DNA of 64,000 bases from an uncultured Bacilli bacterium (GCA_934096555.1 CAKOMD010000002.1:67128-131127), one strand, 5' to 3'; positions 27,440-35,517 are shown, numbered from the stretch's first letter. Translations and numbers: made by a program. Notes: generated by a model from the sequence alone, not told the origin.

Positions 27440-28807
27440 ATGAAATTAAATAAATTAATGTTTAGAGAATATGATATAAGAGGAATATGGAATGAAGATA
27501 TAACAGAAGAAATATCTTATTATATTGGTAGAGCTTATGCTACTAAGTTATTAAGTTTAAAGAAAAATAAAATGATTGTCGGCTATGACAATAGATTAAG
27601 TTCTCCTATTATCGAGAAGAACCTAGTAAAAGGACTTACTGATGGTGGAGTAGATGTAGTAAGATTAGGTCTAGTTACTACTCCTATGTACTATTATGCT
27701 TGGGATAAATTAAATATCCACTGCGGTATAATGATAACAGCTTCACATAATCCAAAAGAATATAATGGCTTTAAAATGTCATATAATGGCATTCACAACT
27801 GTTTTGGTAATGAAGTAGTAGAATTATACTATATAATACTAAACGGCATCTATAGCGAAGGAAACGGCTCTATATCAAGTGCCAATATAAAAGAAGATTA
27901 TATAAAGATGATAAATAGTCATATCAATATGGGTAATAATAAATTAAAAGTAATATATGACTGTGGTAATGGTACTACATCTATTGTAGCCAAAGATATC
28001 TTTGTAAGTAATGATAATATTGAATATATTCCATTATTTGCTGAATCAGATGGAACATTCCCTAATCACCATCCTGACCCAGCGGTAGAATCTAATCTTA
28101 CTATTCTAAAAGAAAAAGTAAAAGAATTACACGCTGACTGTGGTATAGCCTTTGACGGTGATGGTGATAGAGTAGGAGTAGTTAATGAAAAAGGAGAGTT
28201 TGTTTCAATAGATAAATTCATGGTTATAGTATGGCGTGATATCTATAATAAAATAGATAAAAAAGAAGGCTTCTATGACGTAAAATGTTCTAGGGTAGTA
28301 AGTGATGAAATGATAAAACTAGGACTTAAACCAGTTGAAGTAAGATCAGGCAATTCTTATACTAAAAAAATATCAGTAGACAATAATTACCCATTCGGCG
28401 GAGAATTATCGGGACACTTATATTTTAGAGATAAGTTTATTGGTACTGATGATGGTATATATGCAGGCCTAAGACTAGTAGAAATACTATCACGTAATCC
28501 TAAAAAAGTAAGTGAACTTCTTGAAGGTATAACTAAGTATTATGATTATCCTGAAGAAAAGTTAACAGTAGAGGACTCTAAGAAAGATATCATTGTAAAT
28601 AGAGTAGAGAAGTACTGCATGGAAAAAGGATATAACTATTCTAAGATAGATGGTATTAAAGTGTTATATGATGATGGCTTTGCTCTAGTCAGAAAATCTA
28701 ATACAGGTCCTAATATAACCACTAGATATGAATCATCAAATAAAGAAAAATTAGAACTAATTAAGAAAGAGTTTGATAGTTTAATTATTAAGTATAGCAA
28801 GGAATAA
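27440..28807 (+). CDS. Phosphohexomutase (phosphomannomutase/phosphoglucomutase family)
   Basis: Active site TASHNPKEYNGFK, metal loop FDGDGDR, GELSGH. Confidence 0.85.
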   Translation: MKLNKLMFREYDIRGIWNEDITEEISYYIGRAYATKLLSLKKNKMIVGYDNRLSSPIIEKNLVKGLTDGGVDVVRLGLVTTPMYYYAWDKLNIHCGIMITASHNPKEYNGFKMSYNGIHNCFGNEVVELYYIILNGIYSEGNGSISSANIKEDYIKMINSHINMGNNKLKVIYDCGNGTTSIVAKDIFVSNDNIEYIPLFAESDGTFPNHHPDPAVESNLTILKEKVKELHADCGIAFDGDGDRVGVVNEKGEFVSIDKFMVIVWRDIYNKIDKKEGFYDVKCSRVVSDEMIKLGLKPVEVRSGNSYTKKISVDNNYPFGGELSGHLYFRDKFIGTDDGIYAGLRLVEILSRNPKKVSELLEGITKYYDYPEEKLTVEDSKKDIIVNRVEKYCMEKGYNYSKIDGIKVLYDDGFALVRKSNTGPNITTRYESSNKEKLELIKKEFDSLIIKYSKE

Positions 28808-28816
28808 GAAAGTATG

Positions 28817-28853
28817 AATAAAAGAATAGAGTAGAGTACCCTATTCTTTTATT
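28817..28853. terminator. Bidirectional intrinsic terminator
   Basis: Perfect 13-bp stem aataaaagaatag / ctattcttttatt between convergent genes. Confidence 0.65.
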
Positions 28854-28854
28854 A

Positions 28855-29028
28855 TTAAAATAAATCTTTAGAACTATTGTTATTCTTTTTACATGACTTA
28901 CAATCATCTTTATGACATTCACAAGTAGTATCGTCATGTGTTTCATCATCTTTATGACAATTACAGTCAAAAGTGTTAGACTTATCTAATTTATTATCAG
29001 TTTTAGATTTCTTATCTTTTTTACTCAT
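28855..29028 (-). CDS. Small Lys/Asp-rich protein with two CxCHKDD repeats
   Basis: 57 aa from ATG 29028, with GGAGG 8 nt upstream. Sequence ..CNCHKDDETHDDTTCECHKDDCKSCKK.. Confidence 0.5.
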   Translation of the reverse strand: MSKKDKKSKTDNKLDKSNTFDCNCHKDDETHDDTTCECHKDDCKSCKKNNNSSKDLF

Positions 29029-29126
29029 TTTAATTACCTCCATTAATATTATTAACAATAGGTAATATATTTATTCTTTAATTACTTAATATGAAAAAAT
29101 TGGCATATTGTTCTTCTATTTATAGA

Positions 29127-29154
29127 AGTTAACATAATATTGATTATAGGAACA
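29127..29154. other. dif-like Xer recombination site (best chromosomal-type copy)
   Basis: AGTTAACATAA-TATTGA-TTATAGGAACA. The reverse complement of the left arm, TTATGTTAACT, matches the E. coli XerD arm TTATGTTAAAT at 10 of 11 positions. Overall 22 of 28 to the B. subtilis dif as I recall it. Located at the coding-strand switch. Confidence 0.6.
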
Positions 29155-29177
29155 TCAATATTTTTTAAAATAGGCCA

Positions 29178-30083
29178 TTATTTGCCCGTCTGAATTAATT
29201 CTATAAAATCAATATCATTTCCAGTATATATATCTTTATATTGGGAAGAATAATCAATAGAACAATTACTAATTAAATTATTAAAATATTTTAAATCATT
29301 TTCATTTGATAAATCTAAATATTCTTCACAAGGCTTATTTAAGTTTTGGGAGTTAAAGTATCTATGCTTACCAAATAATTTATTATCTATATCTTTAGTC
29401 ATATATTTACAGATATATGAATAAATCTTTTTATAATCTCCTTTTATAAAATCAACTCTAGCAAAACCTTTTGACCAATACTTAACATCAAATAGGGTAG
29501 TTAAATCTTTAGTTTTTTCGGTTCTTTCTTTTTGAGGAATAATAATATTAGTATCTCCCCTACCTAGATTTGATAATATATGATAATGAACAGCACCTCT
29601 TTTTTGAAACTCTGGAACTGCTATATATTTAAAATCTTTTTTTAATCTACGAATGTTTGATGCCCAATTATGAAAAATCTTATTAGCATAAACAATATCA
29701 GTAATATTTTCTTTAAAAGTTAAAGTAATAAAACTTTCCCAACTATCTCTATTTGATTTAGCAATTCTTTGACAATTCATATTGCTACGAATTGCATTAG
29801 AAAGCAATATTGATTTAACTTCCTCTACTCTATCAGGTTTATATAAATTATCAGTATCAATATCTTTAATACTCATTTTTGGTAATTCTTTATCTCTAAT
29901 GTTATCTTTTGACCTAGAAACTGGGAACTTGTAAACTTGTAAAGTGTCTCCACAATGAATAATTTTTACATCATAAATTATTCTACTTTCTACATCTTTA
30001 TACGCAGATATGAGACTACTATCAAGTAAAGGAGCAGCCGGGTGTTTCACACCCTCGCTCGTAGTCTCATTTATATGTATCAT
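29178..30083 (-). CDS. HUH rolling-circle replication initiator
   Basis: Motif 1 FITLTF, motif 2 GAVHYHIL (HUH), motif 3 YSYICKYMTKD (catalytic Tyr). Confidence 0.8.
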   Translation of the reverse strand: MIHINETTSEGVKHPAAPLLDSSLISAYKDVESRIIYDVKIIHCGDTLQVYKFPVSRSKDNIRDKELPKMSIKDIDTDNLYKPDRVEEVKSILLSNAIRSNMNCQRIAKSNRDSWESFITLTFKENITDIVYANKIFHNWASNIRRLKKDFKYIAVPEFQKRGAVHYHILSNLGRGDTNIIIPQKERTEKTKDLTTLFDVKYWSKGFARVDFIKGDYKKIYSYICKYMTKDIDNKLFGKHRYFNSQNLNKPCEEYLDLSNENDLKYFNNLISNCSIDYSSQYKDIYTGNDIDFIELIQTGK

Positions 30084-30104
30084 ATTATCACACTCCTATT
30101 AAAT

Positions 30105-30235
30105 TGAAGGCTGTCGCCCTCGTGGGGAACCCCTGCCCCACTTCACCTACTTTAGTATAGGGGCAAGCCCCTATTACCCCATTTTATAAAATTATCGCTA
30201 TAGCTTACTCGTCCGCTTCGCTCCCACTGACGATA
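30105..30235 (-). other. GC-rich intergenic region of the prophage (candidate origin/packaging region)
   Basis: Hairpin ataggggc-aa-gcccctat (30157-30174), ggggaacccc (30124-30133), palindrome gctatagc. Lies between the rep and ATPase genes. Strongly GC-enriched versus flanks. Confidence 0.4.
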
Positions 30236-30243
30236 TAAGTTAT

Positions 30244-30891
30244 TTATGTTTTTATTTGTTCAAAAGTATCATAAGAGTTAGCAACAGATAAATTACATTT
30301 ACTTATAGTGGTTTCAGTCAGAGGAGCAATATACTCATTATCTTCTTGAGACCATTTCATTTGTTCAGCATCATACATACTTTTTATTAATACACCTAAA
30401 CCAAGAAGGTTTAACATTTTGCAATCTATTTGATATCTACAGTATCTACGAAGAGTTATATTAATCTCAAGCCACTCTTGAGCAGTAGTAATAAATATAA
30501 TTCTTCTCTTTCTCATTTGTGATAAGAAATCTAAAACATCAGTATTAATCTTGCTAGATTTAGTTAATGCAGTAAATATTTCGTCATAAAATATAATACA
30601 ATCGTGTTCATTTCTTAATTTAAGCAAATTATCAAAACCAGTAAAATAAGTGTAGTTAACGCCTTTAATAGTAGAAACATTAGCATAAATAGGCATATGA
30701 GAATTATTAAGAATAAACTCTACTGCAGAATAAGTTTTACCAGAACCTTGTTTACCGCAATAACAATAAACCCCAAACTTACCTCTTTTAGGAGCAAAAC
30801 CTTTTTTAAAAAAAGTTTTCCATTTAATTTTAGTATGTCTAAATCTAATAAGTAAAATAACAATTAAAATAATTAAAAATAAATAAATCAT
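30244..30891 (-). CDS. Zot/pI-like assembly ATPase
   Basis: N-terminal TM, Walker A GKQGSGKT, Walker B CIIFYDE. 215 aa. Confidence 0.65.
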   Translation of the reverse strand: MIYLFLIILIVILLIRFRHTKIKWKTFFKKGFAPKRGKFGVYCYCGKQGSGKTYSAVEFILNNSHMPIYANVSTIKGVNYTYFTGFDNLLKLRNEHDCIIFYDEIFTALTKSSKINTDVLDFLSQMRKRRIIFITTAQEWLEINITLRRYCRYQIDCKMLNLLGLGVLIKSMYDAEQMKWSQEDNEYIAPLTETTISKCNLSVANSYDTFEQIKT

Positions 30892-30933
30892 AATATTCCT
30901 TTCTTAAGCCGAGCGGCTTATATATAAAGCCGC

Positions 30934-31233
30934 TTACGGCTTTAACTTGTTATACCATCTTAATGCTAACTTAATCATATAAAAGAGCATTGGAGCAGTT
31001 AATTTAAATGTAAAATATAATACAATTAAAGAAAGTGTTTCATTTGATAAACCTAATGTACTTATACCCCAACCTATTGATTGACCTACTAGATTAAAGA
31101 AATTACCCACTGCAGTTAAAGCATTTGATAAATCTGGCAGAGCAGTTTCTATTAATGCATCAATTGGGGCAAGAAGTAAACTAACTAGACCAATAATAAG
31201 TTTCATTATACCCATTAAGATTTTATTAATCAT
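30934..31233 (-). CDS. Phage membrane protein
   Basis: 99 aa with 3 hydrophobic segments. Start overlaps the stop of the upstream gene. Confidence 0.5.
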   Translation of the reverse strand: MINKILMGIMKLIIGLVSLLLAPIDALIETALPDLSNALTAVGNFFNLVGQSIGWGISTLGLSNETLSLIVLYFTFKLTAPMLFYMIKLALRWYNKLKP

Positions 31234-32633
31234 AAATCTAACACCTCTATTCTATCTTCGTCTGGGTTTTTAAACTCTTTAACTAAAGCAAATATACGAA
31301 CACAAACCCAGTAAGCAACTATACCAAAAGTAATGGTCTGATAAATAGTAAGAAAAGAACCGAAATTCTCTTGATATATAGAACTCATACAAGGTAGTGT
31401 TAATTTATTATTCTTAGATAAAAAGGGTATATCTAGAGCTAAAGGACTACAAGTACTAGATGTTATGCTACCAATTAAAGTTAAAGGAGCGGTAATTATA
31501 GAAGTTAAGCCAAATGTTTCAGTAGTAAAACCACTAAAAAATTCGTTTGCTTTATTAGTACTATCGGTAGTATTGTCATCATTTAAAGTATCATTTACCT
31601 CGCCTATTTTTTCATTAGTTTTATCAATCTTACTAGTACATTTTTTATTTAAAATTATTTTACCAGAGTATCCTTCAATTTTAGAATTTAAACGAATGTA
31701 TTTTACATTAGAATCTGTTATAGTAAAAGTTTCTTGTCTTAATGAAGAAATCTTTTTATAATTTGAATCATAGGTTTCAACAAATAAAGAAGTAAAACCA
31801 GATTGAGTATAAGAATAACCATACTTTACAGGTATATATGAAGTAATTAACCAATTACTATTTTCTTCTGCATTTCCATCTCCTATTAAATCATAACCAT
31901 TTATTACAGAAAATGAAATATTTTGTTCTGGCTCACAATCATTAAAATTATCATTTATAGAATCTTTAATATTGTTTTCGCTATCTTTAACAGTTGTAGA
32001 AATATTGTTAAAGTTATTATTAATGATAGTATTAATTTTATCACTAGTAAGAGTATCTCCTAAACCTAAAGAAGTAATATTATAACCATAAAGATAATAA
32101 ACATCAGTACATCTTGAAGCCATGGTAAAAGGTAATGTTATATAATTACCACTAGCACCAGCAACAAAAACAAAAGATAATCCTTTATTACCAGATACAG
32201 AATAATCACTAAACTTAATTACTGAATTGCCCCCATTTTGATAAGCATTTTTTGAAGAATTTAAAGAGCCACCAATACCAATACGATTAACACTAGACAA
32301 ATTAGTATAACCACAACCAGTAGCTCCAACAGAAACAGTTAAAGAATAAGCATAACCAGACATTAAAGGCTCATTAAGGTAAAAACCTACTGCTCCACCT
32401 GAAGTACCAGGAATTGTAATAAAAGAATCAGACATAAAAAACATATCATTACCACCATTATTAATTAAATCAGTAGACTTAGCAGTTAAAGAACCATTGT
32501 TATTATCATAAAACTGAGCAGATGACGGAACTATAAGACCATCAGTTGAAAGAGCATTAACAAATAAAGTATCGACCAAAAAGAAAGATACAAAACATAA
32601 TAAAATTGATAATATTTTTTCTTTTTTACTCAT
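31230..32633 (-). CDS. Secreted, C-terminally anchored phage protein (pIII-like adsorption protein candidate)
   Basis: Signal peptide, 400-aa Asn/Ser/Gly-rich ectodomain, C-terminal TM. This is the topology of inovirus minor coat proteins. Confidence 0.5.
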   Translation of the reverse strand: MSKKEKILSILLCFVSFFLVDTLFVNALSTDGLIVPSSAQFYDNNNGSLTAKSTDLINNGGNDMFFMSDSFITIPGTSGGAVGFYLNEPLMSGYAYSLTVSVGATGCGYTNLSSVNRIGIGGSLNSSKNAYQNGGNSVIKFSDYSVSGNKGLSFVFVAGASGNYITLPFTMASRCTDVYYLYGYNITSLGLGDTLTSDKINTIINNNFNNISTTVKDSENNIKDSINDNFNDCEPEQNISFSVINGYDLIGDGNAEENSNWLITSYIPVKYGYSYTQSGFTSLFVETYDSNYKKISSLRQETFTITDSNVKYIRLNSKIEGYSGKIILNKKCTSKIDKTNEKIGEVNDTLNDDNTTDSTNKANEFFSGFTTETFGLTSIITAPLTLIGSITSSTCSPLALDIPFLSKNNKLTLPCMSSIYQENFGSFLTIYQTITFGIVAYWVCVRIFALVKEFKNPDEDRIEVLDL

Positions 32634-32968
32634 TAGTTAAACCTCCTAAATAACCTCATAAATATCTTGAAAGGTATATAAAAACTAAATATAACCATAA
32701 TTACAAAAATAATTAAAATACTATCTATATCATTACGATAAAAAACATTATCAGTAACAACATCTGTTGATAAACAAACTGGTAAATAAGTTTGATAATT
32801 ACCAAATGACTGGGTATTATCTTTATAAATGTAATTACTATTTATATAATAATCTCTATACTCAACTTCAGTATTTCTTTGAGGTACTTCTTTATATGCT
32901 CTTATAATATCAGAAGACTGAACTACAAAGCATTTATAATTTTGAATATCAGGAACATAAATATGCAT
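32633..32968 (-). CDS. Phage membrane protein
   Basis: Start at ATG 32968 with AGGAGG upstream. C-terminal TM. Stop/start overlap with the next gene. Confidence 0.5.
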   Translation of the reverse strand: MHIYVPDIQNYKCFVVQSSDIIRAYKEVPQRNTEVEYRDYYINSNYIYKDNTQSFGNYQTYLPVCLSTDVVTDNVFYRNDIDSILIIFVIMVIFSFYIPFKIFMRLFRRFN

Positions 32969-32972
32969 AATA

Positions 32973-33086
32973 TTACCTCCTACCAAATAATAGACTACCG
33001 ATAAAGTCAAATAATATATAAATGGCAATAACTGGTACTATTAAGTCAACCATTTCTTTCATAAAAGCTATAGCAATATCAAACAT
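32973..33086 (-). CDS. Small hydrophobic phage ORF (37 aa)
   Basis: MFDIAIAFMKEMVDLIVPVIAIYILFDFIGSLLFGRR. Overlaps the upstream ORF by ATGTTTGA. Not in the supplied ORF track because it is under 60 aa. Confidence 0.45.
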   Translation of the reverse strand: MFDIAIAFMKEMVDLIVPVIAIYILFDFIGSLLFGRR

Positions 33087-33222
33087 CTTTATCACTTCCC
33101 CAAATATCAGTATCTATATGTAATTTATTAAAAATTAATTCAAAACTAAGAGAAATCTTTTTATATAAATAAATTATTAGAATACCTAATAAACTAACCA
33201 TAAGCCCAATTAAATAAATCAT
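33079..33222 (-). CDS. Small hydrophobic phage ORF (47 aa)
   Basis: MIYLIGLMVSLLGILIIYLYKK... RBS AGGTGG 5 nt upstream. ATGA overlap with the preceding ORF. Confidence 0.5.
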   Translation of the reverse strand: MIYLIGLMVSLLGILIIYLYKKISLSFELIFNKLHIDTDIWGSDKDV

Positions 33223-33374
33223 TTATTCCACCTATCCTTTCTTTTAAATGAAAATAAAGGTCTACATTCTAAATCTATAAATAAATCTTTGTTTGTTTTA
33301 ACTTCCCATTTTACTAATAAAAAATGAATTAATGTATAAATAACTATAAATATTAACAATTGATAAACTGTCAT
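33219..33374 (-). CDS. Small hydrophobic phage ORF (51 aa)
   Basis: MTVYQLLIFIVIYTLIHFLLVKW... Strong RBS gaaaggag. Confidence 0.5.
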   Translation of the reverse strand: MTVYQLLIFIVIYTLIHFLLVKWEVKTNKDLFIDLECRPLFSFKRKDRWNK

Positions 33375-33430
33375 AATATTATCTCCTTTCTAAAAAAATA
33401 AGGAGTAGGCTTTTCCACCTACCCCCATGA

Positions 33431-33637
33431 CTAAAATCTAACTTTACCTTTACTAGCACCCTTGATTAACTTTCTTAGGAAATATAAACCAAGAGAAGCG
33501 ATAGTAAGAGTTATAACCCAAGGCATTAAATCAGAAACAGTACCGAATAAAGTACTTGAAGTAATACCGGTATTTAATTTACTAACTACTTCACTCATTG
33601 AACCAGTAGGAGCAACAGTATCTAAAGCATACAACAT
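33431..33637 (-). CDS. Major coat protein-like (pVIII-like)
   Basis: 68 aa with a central hydrophobic helix WVITLTIASLGLYFL and a basic C-terminus RKLIKGASKGKVRF. RBS aggaggaaaagg. Confidence 0.6.
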   Translation of the reverse strand: MLYALDTVAPTGSMSEVVSKLNTGITSSTLFGTVSDLMPWVITLTIASLGLYFLRKLIKGASKGKVRF

Positions 33638-33688
33638 ACCCCTTTTCCTCCTTTCTCCTTAATTTCTATCTAAATTGATTATTATCAA

Positions 33689-33868
33689 CTAAAAAGGCAT
33701 TTTTGATTTTTTATCACTATCATTAGATAATTTAACTAATTCTAGTTCAGCAGGCTTTAAAAATACTTTCATTGAATATGTTGGAGTTAACTGAATAACT
33801 AAACATTGATAAGTACCTGAGCCATCTTTTTTATTTAGTGTTTCTAATGTACATTTAACTTCTTTCAT
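33689..33868 (-). CDS. Small soluble phage protein (ssDNA-binding protein candidate)
   Basis: 59-aa ORF MKEVKCTLETLNKKDGSGTYQCLVIQLTPTYSMKVFLKP.. with RBS aaggagag. Its position just upstream of the coat gene matches gene V in inoviruses. Function is inferred only from position and size. Confidence 0.4.
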   Translation of the reverse strand: MKEVKCTLETLNKKDGSGTYQCLVIQLTPTYSMKVFLKPAELELVKLSNDSDKKSKMPF

Positions 33869-33871
33869 TTT

Positions 33872-34123
33872 TTACACTCTCCTTTCTAACCATTTAATGA
33901 TTTTATTAATTAAAATCTTTTTTTTAGAATATTTAGTTTTAAAATAATCAGAAGAGCTATCGCAACTAATTAATTTACCTTTATCAGTTATAAAAAACAT
34001 ACATACAATTTTATGATTATATTGATTTTCATAACCTATCTGATACTTATTATTCCAAAAAGCAGATTTAATTTTTTTAGCATAATAACATTTTTTATGA
34101 GGATTGAAATAAATTACTACCAT
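33872..34123 (-). CDS. Hypothetical phage protein
   Basis: 83-aa ORF with no convincing RBS, so the start is uncertain. Confidence 0.35.
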   Translation of the reverse strand: MVVIYFNPHKKCYYAKKIKSAFWNNKYQIGYENQYNHKIVCMFFITDKGKLISCDSSSDYFKTKYSKKKILINKIIKWLERRV

Positions 34124-34273
34124 ATAGGAGTATATAGGGCTGTTTCTTTTTCCGTAAAGACATTTACCTAAACCATAGCACCCTATTACTAACCAAGTCT
34201 ATTTATTATTAAAATAGTAGATATAATTAATTCTAAATAAAATATTATTATGCCTTTATTTTGTTTTAATAAT

Positions 34274-34450
34274 TTAATCATAGTAACCACCATCTAAAAA
34301 GATTTCATTACCATAAATAATTTGAAACTCCAAATCTTTATCATATACTCTAATTAAATCGTCAAGAACTTTAATTAAATTAGATAATTCAATAAAGAAA
34401 TCTATATGAGTATCTTTATAGCCTTTCCAAATTAAATAATATTTTTTCAT
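34274..34450 (-). CDS. Hypothetical phage protein (58 aa), first gene of the leftward operon
   Basis: MKKYYLIWKGYKDTHIDFF.. with RBS agaaaggag. Lies downstream of the TTGACA-17-TATACT promoter. Confidence 0.45.
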   Translation of the reverse strand: MKKYYLIWKGYKDTHIDFFIELSNLIKVLDDLIRVYDKDLEFQIIYGNEIFLDGGYYD

Positions 34451-34468
34451 TTCTTATACTCCTTTCTG

Positions 34469-34544
34469 GGACATCTTTGTCCTATACAACCAAAGTATAT
34501 CATAATGGGGCAAACTTGTCAATGTAAAAATGAGACAAAGTTGC
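34469..34544. promoter_or_regulatory. Prophage immunity region: leftward promoter and three operator-like imperfect palindromes
   Basis: ggacatctttgtcc (34469-34482), gcaaacttgtc (34510-34520), gacaaagttgc (34534-34544). Minus-strand promoter TTGACA (34522-34517), 17-nt spacer, TATACT (34499-34494). The middle site overlaps its -35 and spacer. Confidence 0.45.
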
Positions 34545-34569
34545 TACAATTTTATTAGAGGTGTAAAGT

Positions 34570-34767
34570 ATGCTAAAAGAATATAGAAAAAGAGCAAAGA
34601 TATCACAAGAAAAATTAGAAGAAATAACTAATATTGACAGAAAAACAATATTTAGAATTGAAAATGATTTAAATATGCCATTACTAGATAATTTTGCAAA
34701 AATAGTAATAGCATTAAAATTAACAGACAAAGAGATAGCAGAAGAAGTTAAAAAGACAATAAAATAA
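34570..34767 (+). CDS. XRE/Cro-CI-type repressor of the prophage
   Basis: The 65-aa sequence KEYRKRAKISQEKLEEITNIDRKTIFRIEN forms an HTH. Divergent from all other phage genes. Confidence 0.7.
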   Translation: MLKEYRKRAKISQEKLEEITNIDRKTIFRIENDLNMPLLDNFAKIVIALKLTDKEIAEEVKKTIK

Positions 34768-34774
34768 AAAAACA

Positions 34775-34814
34775 CCCGTAGATGGCATTTATTTGCTTTC
34801 TACGGGACTTTTTT
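34775..34814 (+). terminator. Intrinsic terminator of the repressor gene
   Basis: cccgtaga / tctacggg stem followed by a T-run, ending 1 nt before the second dif-like site. Confidence 0.65.
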
Positions 34815-34842
34815 AGTTTACCTTATATTGATTATAGGAACT
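34815..34842. other. Second dif-like site with a degenerate XerD-type arm
   Basis: AGTTTACCTTA-TATTGA-TTATAGGAACT. Central region and right arm are identical to the site at 29127-29154; the left arm differs. Confidence 0.55.
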
Positions 34843-35151
34843 TAAATATTTTATTAAAAGATGATTAGTTGTTAAGCTAAAAATTACCAATAAAATATAC
34901 TTATTTTATATATTAATAAATTATCTCTAAATATCTATATTCTTTAATTATAAATTATATTTATATTAATATTATTCTACATATATTTATCTTTTATGTA
35001 TATAATAAAATTAACTACAATTATTTGCTTTATAGTTAATTTTAAATGTATAATAGTTAACCTAAATAATTTTAAATTCTTTAGAATCACCATTTAATTT
35101 TATTATCTATTACTTCCCTATTCTTTAGTTAAAATTAAAGTAGGGGACTTA

Positions 35152-35493
35152 TTATTCATTTTCAGGATGGTTTCCTTGTTCGAATCTTATATACTTTGAA
35201 TCGACTATATTATTTTTAAACCATTCTTGTTCTTCTTTACTATTGTTTACTAATCCAACAACAACAACCATATCTTTTTCATCTACATAGTTATAACTGT
35301 AATTGTTATATATGGATGCGCCATTGTCATTAAAATAGTAGATTATTTTATTGTTAATATCATTTAATTCTTCAATACTTACATTACCTACTCTATTATC
35401 TGTTTCCACTTTACTACCACATCCAGTAAGTGTTAATGTCATAAGAGTACATACTAAAACTGCAAATAATGTTTTTTTCATAAGTTTAATCAT
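35152..35493 (-). CDS. Lipoprotein
   Basis: Signal peptide with lipobox LTLTGC. Confidence 0.65.
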   Translation of the reverse strand: MIKLMKKTLFAVLVCTLMTLTLTGCGSKVETDNRVGNVSIEELNDINNKIIYYFNDNGASIYNNYSYNYVDEKDMVVVVGLVNNSKEEQEWFKNNIVDSKYIRFEQGNHPENE

Positions 35494-35517
35494 CTCCCAT
35501 ATAATTAAATATTTTAG

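Larger units (their letters stand above)
29127..34842 (-). mobile_element. Inovirus-like (filamentous ssDNA phage) prophage without integrase, flanked by dif-like sites
   Basis: 17-nt exact direct repeat ATATTGATTATAGGAAC at 29137-29153 and 34825-34841, inside two 28-bp dif-like sites. Gene content: Rep, Zot-like ATPase, coat-like protein, small TM ORFs, repressor. Confidence 0.7.

Noticed and set aside
34500-34775. A 91-aa minus-strand ORF antisense to the prophage repressor gene.
   Set aside because: It is antisense to a clear HTH repressor ORF, and its hydrophobic low-complexity translation is typical of AT-rich shadow frames.
35095-35150. tacttccctattctttagtt considered as a third dif-like half-site (ACTTCCTAGAA-like).
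   Set aside because: Only the first 6 nt match, there is no XerD-type arm at the right spacing, and it overlaps the terminator region of the lipoprotein gene.
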